A stretch of 64,000 nucleotides of DNA from Spirochaetota bacterium. Its GTDB lineage: Bacteria; Spirochaetota; UBA12135; COTS27; CBDBHE01. The stretch's first letter is position 1, and each line of letters opens with the position of its first letter. The stretch covers positions 416,001-480,000 of the forward strand of contig CBDBHE010000007.1 in assembly GCA_965205605.1 (NCBI GenBank). Reading direction: 5' to 3'. The notes under the pieces were generated by a model. The model had not been told where the DNA came from, did no database searches, and saw nothing but the letters and a program-made list of their open reading frames with translations. Positions 29,933-39,324 of the stretch are shown here, in pieces. A program made the position numbers and the translations under genes.

Positions 29933-30673
29933 TTATTTTTTTAAAAAAAAATTTTCTTCAAATCCATTTAAAATTCCTTCTTTAATCTTTATTTTTTCTT
30001 TTTTATTTAAGGCTGACTGTTTACAAAAAACAAGACTGCCATTTTGAAAGATATAAATATGATGGGTCCAATTTAAAAGATTAAAATAATCTTGTTCAAC
30101 GAGCAAAATACCAAGACCTTCTCTTAAGAGCTGTTGAATAATCCTTTCAATCATTTTTTGAAACTTAGGAGAAAGACCTGTCATTGGCTCATCTAAAATC
30201 AAAAGCTTAGGAGAGGTCATTAAAGCTCTTCCTATGGCTAAAATTTGTTGCTGACCTCCTGAAAGATTGCCAGCGAGTTGATTTTTTTTGTCATAAAGCA
30301 GAGGAAATAAATGATAAACAAAATCAAAATTACGTGCTCTTTTCTTCCTATCAAAGTAAAACACGTAAGAACCTAAAAACAAATTATCTAAAACACTAAG
30401 GTTAGAAAAAATTTCTTTACTTTCTGGTACAAAACTAATTCCCTTTATAATAAGGTCTCTTGGAGTACTTCCCAAAATATTTTTTTTATTAAACACAAGG
30501 AAGCCTTTAATTTGGTTTTCATTAAGATGGCCTGTAATTGTTTTTAAAAGCGTTGTTTTCCCTGCTCCATTATTGCCCAAAATAGAAACCATCTCCCCTT
30601 TTTTGACCCTAAGAGAGATTTTTTTAAGTGCCACAAAAGCACCATATCTGACATCAACTAAAAGATCCAACAC
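29933..30673 (-). CDS. livF: LIV-type ABC transporter ATPase (LivF-like)
   Basis: GNNGAGKTT, LSGGQQQ, LILDEP, LVEQ. Confidence 0.85.
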   Translation of the reverse strand: MLDLLVDVRYGAFVALKKISLRVKKGEMVSILGNNGAGKTTLLKTITGHLNENQIKGFLVFNKKNILGSTPRDLIIKGISFVPESKEIFSNLSVLDNLFLGSYVFYFDRKKRARNFDFVYHLFPLLYDKKNQLAGNLSGGQQQILAIGRALMTSPKLLILDEPMTGLSPKFQKMIERIIQQLLREGLGILLVEQDYFNLLNWTHHIYIFQNGSLVFCKQSALNKKEKIKIKEGILNGFEENFFLKK

Positions 30674-30675
30674 AC

Positions 30676-31425
30676 TTAAACTCCCAAATACAAATCCATC
30701 ACTTCTTTTCTTTTAAAAATAGTTTTAGGGCTTTCTTTTAATAATACCCTTCCTTCATAAAGAAAAATCGCTTGATCACAAAGTCTTTTAATAAAGTTGA
30801 CATCATGGTCAATTAAAACAATCCCCATATATTTTGTTTTTTTAATTTTCAAGAGCATCTTAAGAAAATTTTTTTTTTCTTCCACATCCATTCCCGCTCC
30901 GACTTCATCTAAAAGTAAAAATTTAGGTGAATTCATAAGCGCTCGAGCCACCTCTACTTTTTTTTTTTCTCCAAAAGATAAAGTAGACACATGTTTATTT
31001 TTTAATGAATCCAATTGTAATGAAGAAAGGATATTTTTTGCTTTTAAAAAAAGATTTTTTTCTTCTTGTTTAAATTTTTTTGTTCTTAAAAAAGCTGAAA
31101 AAACTCCATAATTCACACTCAATTGACCCCCAAATAAAACGTTGTCTAAAATAGAAAAATGATCAACAAGCTTAGGAGTCTGAAAAGTCCTGCTTATGCC
31201 TTTGCGTGCAATTTGATGCTGTTTTTTTGGTAGCTTTTTATTTTCAAGCCAAATCTTCCCAAAAGAATAATCACAAAGTCCTGTTATCACATTAAACAAA
31301 GTTGTCTTTCCAACTCCATTGGGACCAATAATAGCGGTTATTTTTTCATGCTCAAAAGTAACGTTCAAGTTTTTTAAAACATGGTTGCCCCCATAAGAAC
31401 AATGAATATTTTCAATGCGTAACAT
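30676..31425 (-). CDS. livG: LIV-type ABC transporter ATPase (LivG-like)
   Basis: GPNGVGKTTLFN, GISRTFQ, LLLDE, IDHD. Confidence 0.85.
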   Translation of the reverse strand: MLRIENIHCSYGGNHVLKNLNVTFEHEKITAIIGPNGVGKTTLFNVITGLCDYSFGKIWLENKKLPKKQHQIARKGISRTFQTPKLVDHFSILDNVLFGGQLSVNYGVFSAFLRTKKFKQEEKNLFLKAKNILSSLQLDSLKNKHVSTLSFGEKKKVEVARALMNSPKFLLLDEVGAGMDVEEKKNFLKMLLKIKKTKYMGIVLIDHDVNFIKRLCDQAIFLYEGRVLLKESPKTIFKRKEVMDLYLGV

Positions 31426-32356
31426 AAAATTTTCTTAAAATTGTTTTCTTAAAATCAAACAGATATTTTTTTAAATGATAAGGAGAAATTTTAAAAAATA
31501 AAAGAATAAAAAAGCTATAAAACAATAATTCAAAATCTTCAAAAGTTCTCAAAAGTTCGGGTAATATGGTAAAAAAAGCACACGCCAAAACACCTCTATA
31601 AATAGAGGTCATCCCTCCAAGCACAACACAAACAATAAAAAAAATAGAACTTTTTAAATCAAAATCCTCCGGCCCCACATACCCTAAAAATCCTGCTTGC
31701 AAACCACCCGATATCGTTGCTAATAAACAAGCCATAACAAAAAAAACGACTTGATACCCATACGCATTAATCCCTAAAGATTGTGCTAGCATTTTATTTT
31801 CACCAATGACAATTAGATTTCGGCCATAACGACTTTTTAAAAAACGTTCATAGCTCCAAACAATGCATAAAACCAAAACCCAAGTAAAGTAAAAAATTAT
31901 AACCGGACTAATCAGTTTAAAAGAAAACAACGTCACCTTAGGAATATCTCCTATCCCTTCCGAACCTCCTAAAAAATCACTCCCCCGAAGAAGATGTTGC
32001 ATGATTTCCCCAAAGCCTAAAGTAATCATTGTAAAGTAATAGCCACTTAGTTTTAAAGTTGGTAGTCCTATGAAAATTGAAACCAAAGCCCCTACTACAA
32101 AAGTCAAACAAAACGCATCGATAAAAGAAAACCCAAAGCGAATTTGTAAAATCGTCACCCCATAAGCCCCTATGGCAATAAAAGCCCCATGGCCTAAAGA
32201 AACTAAAGCTGCCCTACCTACTAAAATAAAAAGCCCTATTAAAGCAATTGATCTTAAACCCGCAAGCGTGAGCACACTCAGATAATAATCATTAGAAATC
32301 ACCAAAGGAAAAATAAAAAAAAACCCTATTAATAGATATTTTAAAAAAAATTTCAA
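31412..32356 (-). CDS. livM: LIV-type ABC transporter permease (LivM-like)
   Basis: SLGHGAFIAIGAY, LSGYYFTMITLGFGE, VVLGG. Confidence 0.85.
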   Translation of the reverse strand: MKFFLKYLLIGFFFIFPLVISNDYYLSVLTLAGLRSIALIGLFILVGRAALVSLGHGAFIAIGAYGVTILQIRFGFSFIDAFCLTFVVGALVSIFIGLPTLKLSGYYFTMITLGFGEIMQHLLRGSDFLGGSEGIGDIPKVTLFSFKLISPVIIFYFTWVLVLCIVWSYERFLKSRYGRNLIVIGENKMLAQSLGINAYGYQVVFFVMACLLATISGGLQAGFLGYVGPEDFDLKSSIFFIVCVVLGGMTSIYRGVLACAFFTILPELLRTFEDFELLFYSFFILLFFKISPYHLKKYLFDFKKTILRKFYVTH

Positions 32357-32387
32357 AACAATTACCCTTTCTCAGTTGCCCTTTCTT

Positions 32388-33275
32388 TTACGAAAATCGA
32401 GCAACTTTTCCTTTAAAAATACCAGAAGGAAAGAAAAAAAGACAAAAAATTAAAATTAAAATAGATATCATATCTTTATACGAGGAATCAATTAACCCAA
32501 CACTCCCCGATTCCAAAACCCCTATAAAAAGCCCTCCAAAAATAGCTCCTGGAAAACTACCAAGCCCCCCTATAATCGCTGCGGCAAACCCTTTAACACT
32601 TAGCGACACTCCCATTTGATAATCTACTAGCGCCAAAGGGGCCATAAACGCTCCTATCAAAGCTGACATCATCGCTGAAATAACAAAAGCAATCACGATC
32701 ATTTTATTAACTCCAATCCCCATTATTTTAGCTCCTTCTTTATTATCAAAAAGTGCCAAAAAACTTTTACCAAATAACGTTTGATGAAAAAAAACCCAAA
32801 GACTACTTCCCAAAATCAATAGTAAGCCCCAAATAAAAATAAACTGCTCATTAATTCCCAGTCCTTTAATTTCAAAAAAATTCCCTTGTAAAAAATTAGG
32901 TAAGGTGTAAATACCCTTGCCCCAAACTAAAATAGCAACTCCTTTAATCATAATCGAAAGACCAATTGTAAGCATTACTTTTTGAAAAACAGATGTCTCT
33001 TCTTCTCGCCTTTGCCCTCTCAAAATAAAAGTACAAACTAAAAATCCCACCAAGCCACAAACTATCATCCCTAAGAAGATGCCCCAAACTAAAGAATGCG
33101 TCCACTGATAAAAACTAATTGTTGAAAGCGCCCCTAGCATAACAAACTCTCCTTGAGCAAAGTTGATGATGCCTGTAGCGTTGTAAATAATATTAAAACT
33201 TAAGCCAACTAAGGCATAAAGAGAACCAATAGCAAGACCTGTGAGTAAGTATTGAAATAGATCAGATAAATACAA
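32388..33275 (-). CDS. livH: LIV-type ABC transporter permease (LivH-like)
   Basis: GSLYALVGLSF..INFAQGEF, KGFAAAIIGGLGS.PGA. Confidence 0.87.
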   Translation of the reverse strand: MYLSDLFQYLLTGLAIGSLYALVGLSFNIIYNATGIINFAQGEFVMLGALSTISFYQWTHSLVWGIFLGMIVCGLVGFLVCTFILRGQRREEETSVFQKVMLTIGLSIMIKGVAILVWGKGIYTLPNFLQGNFFEIKGLGINEQFIFIWGLLLILGSSLWVFFHQTLFGKSFLALFDNKEGAKIMGIGVNKMIVIAFVISAMMSALIGAFMAPLALVDYQMGVSLSVKGFAAAIIGGLGSFPGAIFGGLFIGVLESGSVGLIDSSYKDMISILILIFCLFFFPSGIFKGKVARFS

Positions 33276-33284
33276 ATATTTTTT

Positions 33285-34436
33285 CTAATGATTAATTTTA
33301 AATTGTTGATCTTTTATCACAATCATTTCAAAAGCATGTTCATTAAGACCACTGTGATCTTTTTTGGAAAAATTAAAAATACCCCCAGTGCCAATAAAAG
33401 ACTTTGTTTGTTCTAAAGTATCTCTTACTTGTTTTCGGGTAGTGGCTCCTTTTTTAAGCGCCCGAACAAATAAAGAAAAAGCATCATACGCATGTCCGCC
33501 AAAAGTAGAAACTTTTTCCCCATATTCACTTTCATACAAATCTCGATAAGATTTTAAAACCTCAAACTGAGCATGAGAAGCCCCTAAGTGATCGACAATT
33601 AAAAGACGTCCACCAGGTAATAAAATACCTTCTGCAGAAGAACCACTAGAATGAATATACTTTATATTAGCATACCCATGACTTTGATAAAGAGGAATAT
33701 CAATACCAAGAGTTTTCATATTTTTAGAAACAATTGATTGAGCGGGAACAATAGACCAATTAATAATGGTATGTGGATTAGATCTTCTAATTTTAGTGAG
33801 CTGAGCGGTCATATCAATATCGGTTGGTAAGTAGGTCTCATCAGCAACTAAATTCAACCCATATTGTTTGATTAAAGTTTTTAAATGCCGGCGACCATCT
33901 TCTCCAAAGTCGGTTTTGCCTGAGAGAATGGCAATCTTGTTATATTTTTTTTTTTGATGATCTTTTAAAATTTTTTTGGCAGCATCAATTGATTTTGGAG
34001 CAACTGTAAAAACCCACTTTTTTGTTTGACCGGTCTGTTTGTTTTTAATAATACCTTCAGCAGATGCACAAGAGATCATTGCAATTTCATTCTCTGCTGC
34101 CACAACAGACATCGCAATACTAGTCCCACTTCGAGAGCCACCAATAATGCCCAAAACATGCTCCTTGGCCACTAATTTTTTAATCGCATTAATTGCTTTG
34201 GTCGGAATCCCTTCTGAGTTTTCAATTAAAATTTTAATCCTTTTTCCTTTAATCCCCCCCTCTTCATTGATTTTCTTTTCCAACAACCGAAGTGTCTTTT
34301 TCTCTGGTGTCCCAAGCCAAGCTGCAGGACCACTTATCGATAAAACAGCTCCTAAATAAAAAATTTCTTTTTTAGCAGATTGACAAGAGATAAAAAAAAA
34401 TAAAATAAATACGTATTTTAAATAAGACAATGGCAT
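33285..34436 (-). CDS. LIV-family periplasmic substrate-binding lipoprotein
   Basis: Lipobox-like FIS-C, GAVLSISGPAA, INEEGGIKG, HAYDA. Confidence 0.87.
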   Translation of the reverse strand: MPLSYLKYVFILFFFISCQSAKKEIFYLGAVLSISGPAAWLGTPEKKTLRLLEKKINEEGGIKGKRIKILIENSEGIPTKAINAIKKLVAKEHVLGIIGGSRSGTSIAMSVVAAENEIAMISCASAEGIIKNKQTGQTKKWVFTVAPKSIDAAKKILKDHQKKKYNKIAILSGKTDFGEDGRRHLKTLIKQYGLNLVADETYLPTDIDMTAQLTKIRRSNPHTIINWSIVPAQSIVSKNMKTLGIDIPLYQSHGYANIKYIHSSGSSAEGILLPGGRLLIVDHLGASHAQFEVLKSYRDLYESEYGEKVSTFGGHAYDAFSLFVRALKKGATTRKQVRDTLEQTKSFIGTGGIFNFSKKDHSGLNEHAFEMIVIKDQQFKINH

Positions 34437-34529
34437 AAGATTTCCTTTAAAATTCTCTTTTTATTTTTTGAAAAAATTAATTTCAACATTGTATAATGAA
34501 AATTTAAAAAATTTACCTTTTCAAATAAA

Positions 34530-35222
34530 ATGAGTTTCAATAACAATAAAAATAAAGTATTTAAATTTTTAAAAAAAAAACTTTATTATCTTATTACCCT
34601 ATTAGCAATCTTAGTTTTAGAAGGCTACCTCTTATTAGTTTTTTTTCAAGATCAAGTCACTCACTTGTCAAAATCAATTTATGTTGAAAAAAAAATTGAA
34701 AGCTATTTTAAAGAAATTAGCTCTTTTAATCATTGGAGCAATTGGTACCCTCCTTTAAAAAAAACTAAAAAAATTACTTTTTTTGAACCATCTATTATCG
34801 GACAAGGGGGTTATTGGAAGTCTCAAGAAAAAAAAGAACTTCTTAAATTTACTCGAGTTTTAAGTAACCAATATATTGAAATGTTGCACTTATTTCCAAA
34901 AATGAAAAACCAAGTTTGGGAATCACTTGCTTTCTCTAAAATTAAAGCAAATAAAATCACCTGGGAAGTCCACTACCAGCACCCTCTTTCTTCAAAATGG
35001 CTTTTACAAACGAAGCAAGAGAAAAAACAACTTGAAAAATATCTCAATAGTTCTATCAACTCTCTTTCTACGATCAAAATAAAAGAAATCCCCCCCCCTC
35101 CCCCTTTGGAATCAAAAAAAACCAAAGTGGACTCAAAAAAGCCCAAAGTAAAAATTTCACCCCCCCTTCCAAAAAAAACCAATCAAAAAAAAACCAATCA
35201 AAAACCTTTTTTATTTTTTTAA
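34530..35222 (+). CDS. Membrane-anchored SRPBCC/START-like hypothetical protein with Pro/Lys-rich tail
   Basis: N-terminal TM; SFNHWSNWYP pattern; C-terminal PPPPP and KKTNQ repeats. Confidence 0.45.
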   Translation: MSFNNNKNKVFKFLKKKLYYLITLLAILVLEGYLLLVFFQDQVTHLSKSIYVEKKIESYFKEISSFNHWSNWYPPLKKTKKITFFEPSIIGQGGYWKSQEKKELLKFTRVLSNQYIEMLHLFPKMKNQVWESLAFSKIKANKITWEVHYQHPLSSKWLLQTKQEKKQLEKYLNSSINSLSTIKIKEIPPPPPLESKKTKVDSKKPKVKISPPLPKKTNQKKTNQKPFLFF

Positions 35223-35267
35223 TTTTTTTCTCCCTTTCAAAGCTTTTTTTCTCATAATAGTTTTATA

Positions 35268-36878
35268 TTGAAAGTTTTAATTGCCGAAGATAATCTTATT
35301 TCTCAAAAAATTCTCATTAGAAATTTAAAAAACCTTCAAATGAAACCCATTGTTCTCACTAATGGGATGAAAATTTATGAAAAATATAAAGAAGATAAAG
35401 AAATTAATTTTCTAATTTTAAACTGGTATATTCCTTTTTTAGAAGGGCCTTTGCTTTGTGAAAAAATTCGCAAATTAAAAACTAAAAATCGTCTAAGACC
35501 TTATATTATTATACTCACTTCTTGTAACTCAAAAAAAGAACTCATTTACGGCCTTAAATCAGGAGCCGATGACTTTATTAGCAAACCTTTTGACAAAGAA
35601 ATTTTTCTTGTCAGAGTCAATGCAGGAAAAAAAATTATCGAAGCTCAACATGATCATAAAACAGCTATAAATAAGCTTCAAGGACAATGTCAAAGACAAA
35701 TCGAAGATCTTAAATACGCTCAAATTCTTCAAAAAAATTTAAACACAATAAAACTCCCCTTACTTAAAACCATTGGAATTGAAAGCCTCTTTATGCCAAG
35801 TGATAAGCTTGCAGGTGATTTTTTTGCTATTCAAGTTAATCCTAAAGGACTTATTATTTTTATTGCTGACTATTCAGGTCATGGGATTAAAGTAGCAATG
35901 AGTGCTGCCATCTGTAAATCAGTCGCCGATCGTTATATGCATCTACTCCATCAAGGAAATATCGCTTCTTTTTTTTACGTCTTTAACAATGACCTTGTCA
36001 AATACATTAGAGATTTAGGTGAGTTTTGCACTGTGTTTACTTGTTTTATTGATTTACAAACCGACTTAATGCATTATTGCAATGCCAATCATCCTCTTCC
36101 TTTATTTTCAAGAAAAAAAAAATTATTAAAATATGAATCCACTCAAAATTTCTTTTTAGGATACGAAGAAAATACAAAATTTACGGTTAAAACCATTAAA
36201 CTAACCCAAAATGATAAAATTCTCTTTTATTCAGATGCTGCTTGTGAAATCATTAAAGAGGATGCCATTGTTTTTGATAAAAAAAAATTGGAAAAAACCT
36301 TTCTTTCTCTTATAAAAAAAAACTCTCCTAAGATATTAAAAGGACTTATAAAAAAATTAAAAAAAACAAATGGCTCTCTTCCTTTAACAGATGATTGTAC
36401 ACTTATTTTAATTCACAAAATGAACCCTTACAAAAAAACAAAAAGATACAACAAGTTTCAACAGCTTGACCCTGCCATTAAAGAATTAAAATTAGAGCTC
36501 ACCTCAAGAAATTACTCAGAAGATGAAATAGGAAAAATTATTACCTCCTATAATGAACTCTTCCTCAATGCTATCCAACACGGTAATCACTACGATCCTA
36601 ATAAAAAAATCACTATCCAATACCATATCGATTTTCAACAATGCCTCCTCATCGTTACCGATGAAGGACCAGGCTTTGATCTCAATCAAGTAAAAGATCC
36701 AACCGACCCCAAAATGATAGAAAAATTAATCCAATTAGAAGACATTGAAAATCTTTCTCGCGGTAGAGGCATCTGGATGATCAAAAAATACGCCACTTCT
36801 TTCTCCTTTAATAAAAAAGGAAATAAAGCCACCTTTCTTTTAAAAAGAAACGAAGATGAAACAAGCTTTCTATATTAA
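35268..36878 (+). CDS. Receiver + SpoIIE/PP2C phosphatase + RsbW-like HATPase fusion
   Basis: MKVLIAED..GADDFISKPF; LAGDFF, IADYSGHG, YSD, DDCT; ELFLNAIQHG, DEGPGFD, GRGI. Confidence 0.88.
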   Translation: MKVLIAEDNLISQKILIRNLKNLQMKPIVLTNGMKIYEKYKEDKEINFLILNWYIPFLEGPLLCEKIRKLKTKNRLRPYIIILTSCNSKKELIYGLKSGADDFISKPFDKEIFLVRVNAGKKIIEAQHDHKTAINKLQGQCQRQIEDLKYAQILQKNLNTIKLPLLKTIGIESLFMPSDKLAGDFFAIQVNPKGLIIFIADYSGHGIKVAMSAAICKSVADRYMHLLHQGNIASFFYVFNNDLVKYIRDLGEFCTVFTCFIDLQTDLMHYCNANHPLPLFSRKKKLLKYESTQNFFLGYEENTKFTVKTIKLTQNDKILFYSDAACEIIKEDAIVFDKKKLEKTFLSLIKKNSPKILKGLIKKLKKTNGSLPLTDDCTLILIHKMNPYKKTKRYNKFQQLDPAIKELKLELTSRNYSEDEIGKIITSYNELFLNAIQHGNHYDPNKKITIQYHIDFQQCLLIVTDEGPGFDLNQVKDPTDPKMIEKLIQLEDIENLSRGRGIWMIKKYATSFSFNKKGNKATFLLKRNEDETSFLY

Positions 36879-37210
36879 TTTAACTGAGTTTTAAGAAACA
36901 AGATCGCTTCTTGTAACTCTTTGGAGATTTGATTAAAATAAACCGTAATTTTTCCTTCATTTTTCTCTTTACAAAAATCTGAAAAAGCACAACATGCTTT
37001 CAATAAATCTTTTTGATCAAAGTGACCAACCAATCCTTTAAGTTTGTGAGCTTCCATACTTAAACTATCAAAGTTTTTGTTTTTAATAAATTTTTCGATT
37101 AACTTTAAAGCATGCGTTGTTTCTACAATAAAATCATTTATAAGTTCGCGTAATAATTCCTTGTCATTGTCAATGTTTTCTAACAAAAAATTCAAATTCA
37201 AGCTTTTCAT
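36875..37210 (-). CDS. Stand-alone Hpt domain protein
   Basis: D.ELLRELI..F, AHKLKG; likely start ATG at 37210. Confidence 0.85.
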   Translation of the reverse strand: MKSLNLNFLLENIDNDKELLRELINDFIVETTHALKLIEKFIKNKNFDSLSMEAHKLKGLVGHFDQKDLLKACCAFSDFCKEKNEGKITVYFNQISKELQEAILFLKTQLN

Positions 37211-37324
37211 TTCACTGACCAATATAATCTTATAATCCAATATTTTGAAAAAAAAAAAAAAATTAAACACTCTCACTTTTTTATCTATAATTAGTATTAA
37301 GTAAAATAAGGACAATCTTTTATT

Positions 37325-37642
37325 ATGTTTATATTAGACAAATCAACCAATGAAAAAACAATGATTTTAATTAATCAAACCTCTATTTATGGAGAAGATT
37401 CTATTAAATTTAAAGAATTTATAAAAGAAAAATTAAATCAAAAAATTGATGATATCCATTTAGACTTAGGAAAAGTTAAGTACATTGATAGCACTACAAT
37501 TGGTAGTTTGCTATACTTTATTCAAATCTTAAAAAAAAAAAAAAAAAAAATTCATATCGATAAAATTACAGATGAACTAAAAGAACTCTTAGAAGATCTA
37601 ATGTTAGGAAAATATATTCATATTAATATAAAGAAAGGCTAA
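37325..37642 (+). CDS. STAS-domain anti-sigma factor antagonist
   Basis: LDLGKVKYIDSTTIG with conserved phospho-Ser. Confidence 0.82.
   Translation: MFILDKSTNEKTMILINQTSIYGEDSIKFKEFIKEKLNQKIDDIHLDLGKVKYIDSTTIGSLLYFIQILKKKKKKIHIDKITDELKELLEDLMLGKYIHINIKKG
37531..37550 (+). repeat. A20 homopolymer inside the STAS gene
   Basis: 20 consecutive A, in frame (L-KKKKKK-I). Confidence 0.9.
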
Positions 37643-38289
37643 GCTTTTTTTAATTGTAAAATCGTTTCTTCAAAATAAGGTTGCTTATAAAGAAAATTTC
37701 CTACAACGGCAATATCCACTCCTGCTTTTTTAATTTCATGAATATTATCCCCATTGACTCCCCCATCAATTTCTAAATCAATTTCATACCCTCCTTTGTT
37801 AATTTTTTCCCTCACCAAACAAGCTTTCTCTAAAACAGCCTCAATAAATTTTTGACCTGAAAATCCAGGATACACACTCATTAAAAGCACCTGATCTAAA
37901 AAAGGAAAATAATCCTCAATCCCCTCAATACTCGTATCAGGGTTATACACCAAACAAGCTTTCTTCCCTTCGTTTTTAATCTCTTGAAGTAATTGTTTAA
38001 TATCATCTTGTACTTCAATATGCACACTAATAATATCCGAACCTGCTTCAATAAATTTTTTTAAATACTTCCTAGGATTTGATATCATCAAATGAGTATC
38101 AAAAAATTTTTTCGTATATTTTCGAATGGATTCTACCACCAAAGGGCCAATTGTAAGATTTGAAACAAAATGACCATCCATCACATCAATATGAATCAAA
38201 TCAGCACTACTTTGATCTAAACGAATAATCTCTTCTTTTAAAATAGAAAAATCAGCACATAAAATAGAAGGAGCTATTTTTAACATCAA
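37639..38289 (-). CDS. rpe: Ribulose-phosphate 3-epimerase
   Basis: IAPSIL.ADF, HIDVMDGHFV, MSVYPGFSGQ, EIDGG. Confidence 0.96.
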   Translation of the reverse strand: MMLKIAPSILCADFSILKEEIIRLDQSSADLIHIDVMDGHFVSNLTIGPLVVESIRKYTKKFFDTHLMISNPRKYLKKFIEAGSDIISVHIEVQDDIKQLLQEIKNEGKKACLVYNPDTSIEGIEDYFPFLDQVLLMSVYPGFSGQKFIEAVLEKACLVREKINKGGYEIDLEIDGGVNGDNIHEIKKAGVDIAVVGNFLYKQPYFEETILQLKKA

Positions 38290-38298
38290 TTAATTCTC

Positions 38299-39198
38299 TT
38301 AAACCCTAATCCCTTGATAAAAACTCTCTTCCTCTTTAGATCTTTTTTTCCATCGAGGGTGCATCCAAAAATACTGCTCTGGATATTGTTTGATGATTCC
38401 TTCAAAATAACGATGCAACAATTTTAAATCTGAAACCATCTCTCCTTTAAATTTAATTTCTTCAACAACAACACGATGATTTCCCTTACCATCTCGTAAA
38501 TCATAACAAACAAAAACAGGAGATTTCGTTTTTTGATAAAAAAAAGAAGGCCCTCTCATCGTACTTGCCTCATGTCCAAAAATAGGAATAAACACTCCCC
38601 CCACCGCAGCATTTTGATCAATCATTAATCCCAAAATTTCTTTATTTTTAAGCGCTCTAAAAGAAGGTAAGAGAGATTGCTTTCTTGCAATAAAACAAGC
38701 ATATTCCCTATTTTGATAAAACAACTTATTTAACAACAAATTGTCCAAAGGACGTATAATACAATTCGCTCTAGTAGAAAGCTTATACCCCAAAGCATAC
38801 ACCGGCCAAAACCAATTGCTGAAATGATAACTACAAACAATCGCTCCCTTTTTTTTAAGCGCTTGCTGCAAAAATTCAAATCCATAAAAAGTTGTTTTTT
38901 TAAGAAAAAAATTCGAACTAACCGACTTAAATTTAAAACTCTCAAAAAAAGTCTTCCCTGTCTCTCTAAAAGAACGTAAAACAATTTTTTTTTTCTTTGC
39001 AAAAGAAAGCTGCTCTCCATAAACAATAGAAAGGTTAATAAAACAAACCTTCCTAGCTGAAGCAATTAAATAATAAAAAATAAAACCAAAAAAAGATCCT
39101 AAAACAAGGACCCATTTATGAGAAAGCCTGTTAATAAAAAAACTAAAAAAACGAACAGGTAAATATTCTAAATAAATAATAAATTGACTTTTAGCCAC
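38299..39198 (-). CDS. Lipid A late acyltransferase family (LpxL/HtrB-like)
   Basis: HFSNW, RPLDN, MIDQNA, PEQYFWMHPRWK. Confidence 0.85.
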   Translation of the reverse strand: MAKSQFIIYLEYLPVRFFSFFINRLSHKWVLVLGSFFGFIFYYLIASARKVCFINLSIVYGEQLSFAKKKKIVLRSFRETGKTFFESFKFKSVSSNFFLKKTTFYGFEFLQQALKKKGAIVCSYHFSNWFWPVYALGYKLSTRANCIIRPLDNLLLNKLFYQNREYACFIARKQSLLPSFRALKNKEILGLMIDQNAAVGGVFIPIFGHEASTMRGPSFFYQKTKSPVFVCYDLRDGKGNHRVVVEEIKFKGEMVSDLKLLHRYFEGIIKQYPEQYFWMHPRWKKRSKEEESFYQGIRV

Positions 39199-39324
39199 TT
39201 ATTGAGTCATAAAATGAATCATAAAAAATCACTTTACACATATTTCTTCTATAAAGTGATTTTTTTTTCTTTGATTGTTTTATAAATAAAATTGATCTAT
39301 CTTATTTAATAACGATCGATTTTC

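Noticed and set aside
37211-37315. N-terminal 35 aa of the Hpt ORF in the track
   Set aside because: A poly-Phe artefact of the A15 tract; ATG at 37210 fits the Hpt domain start better
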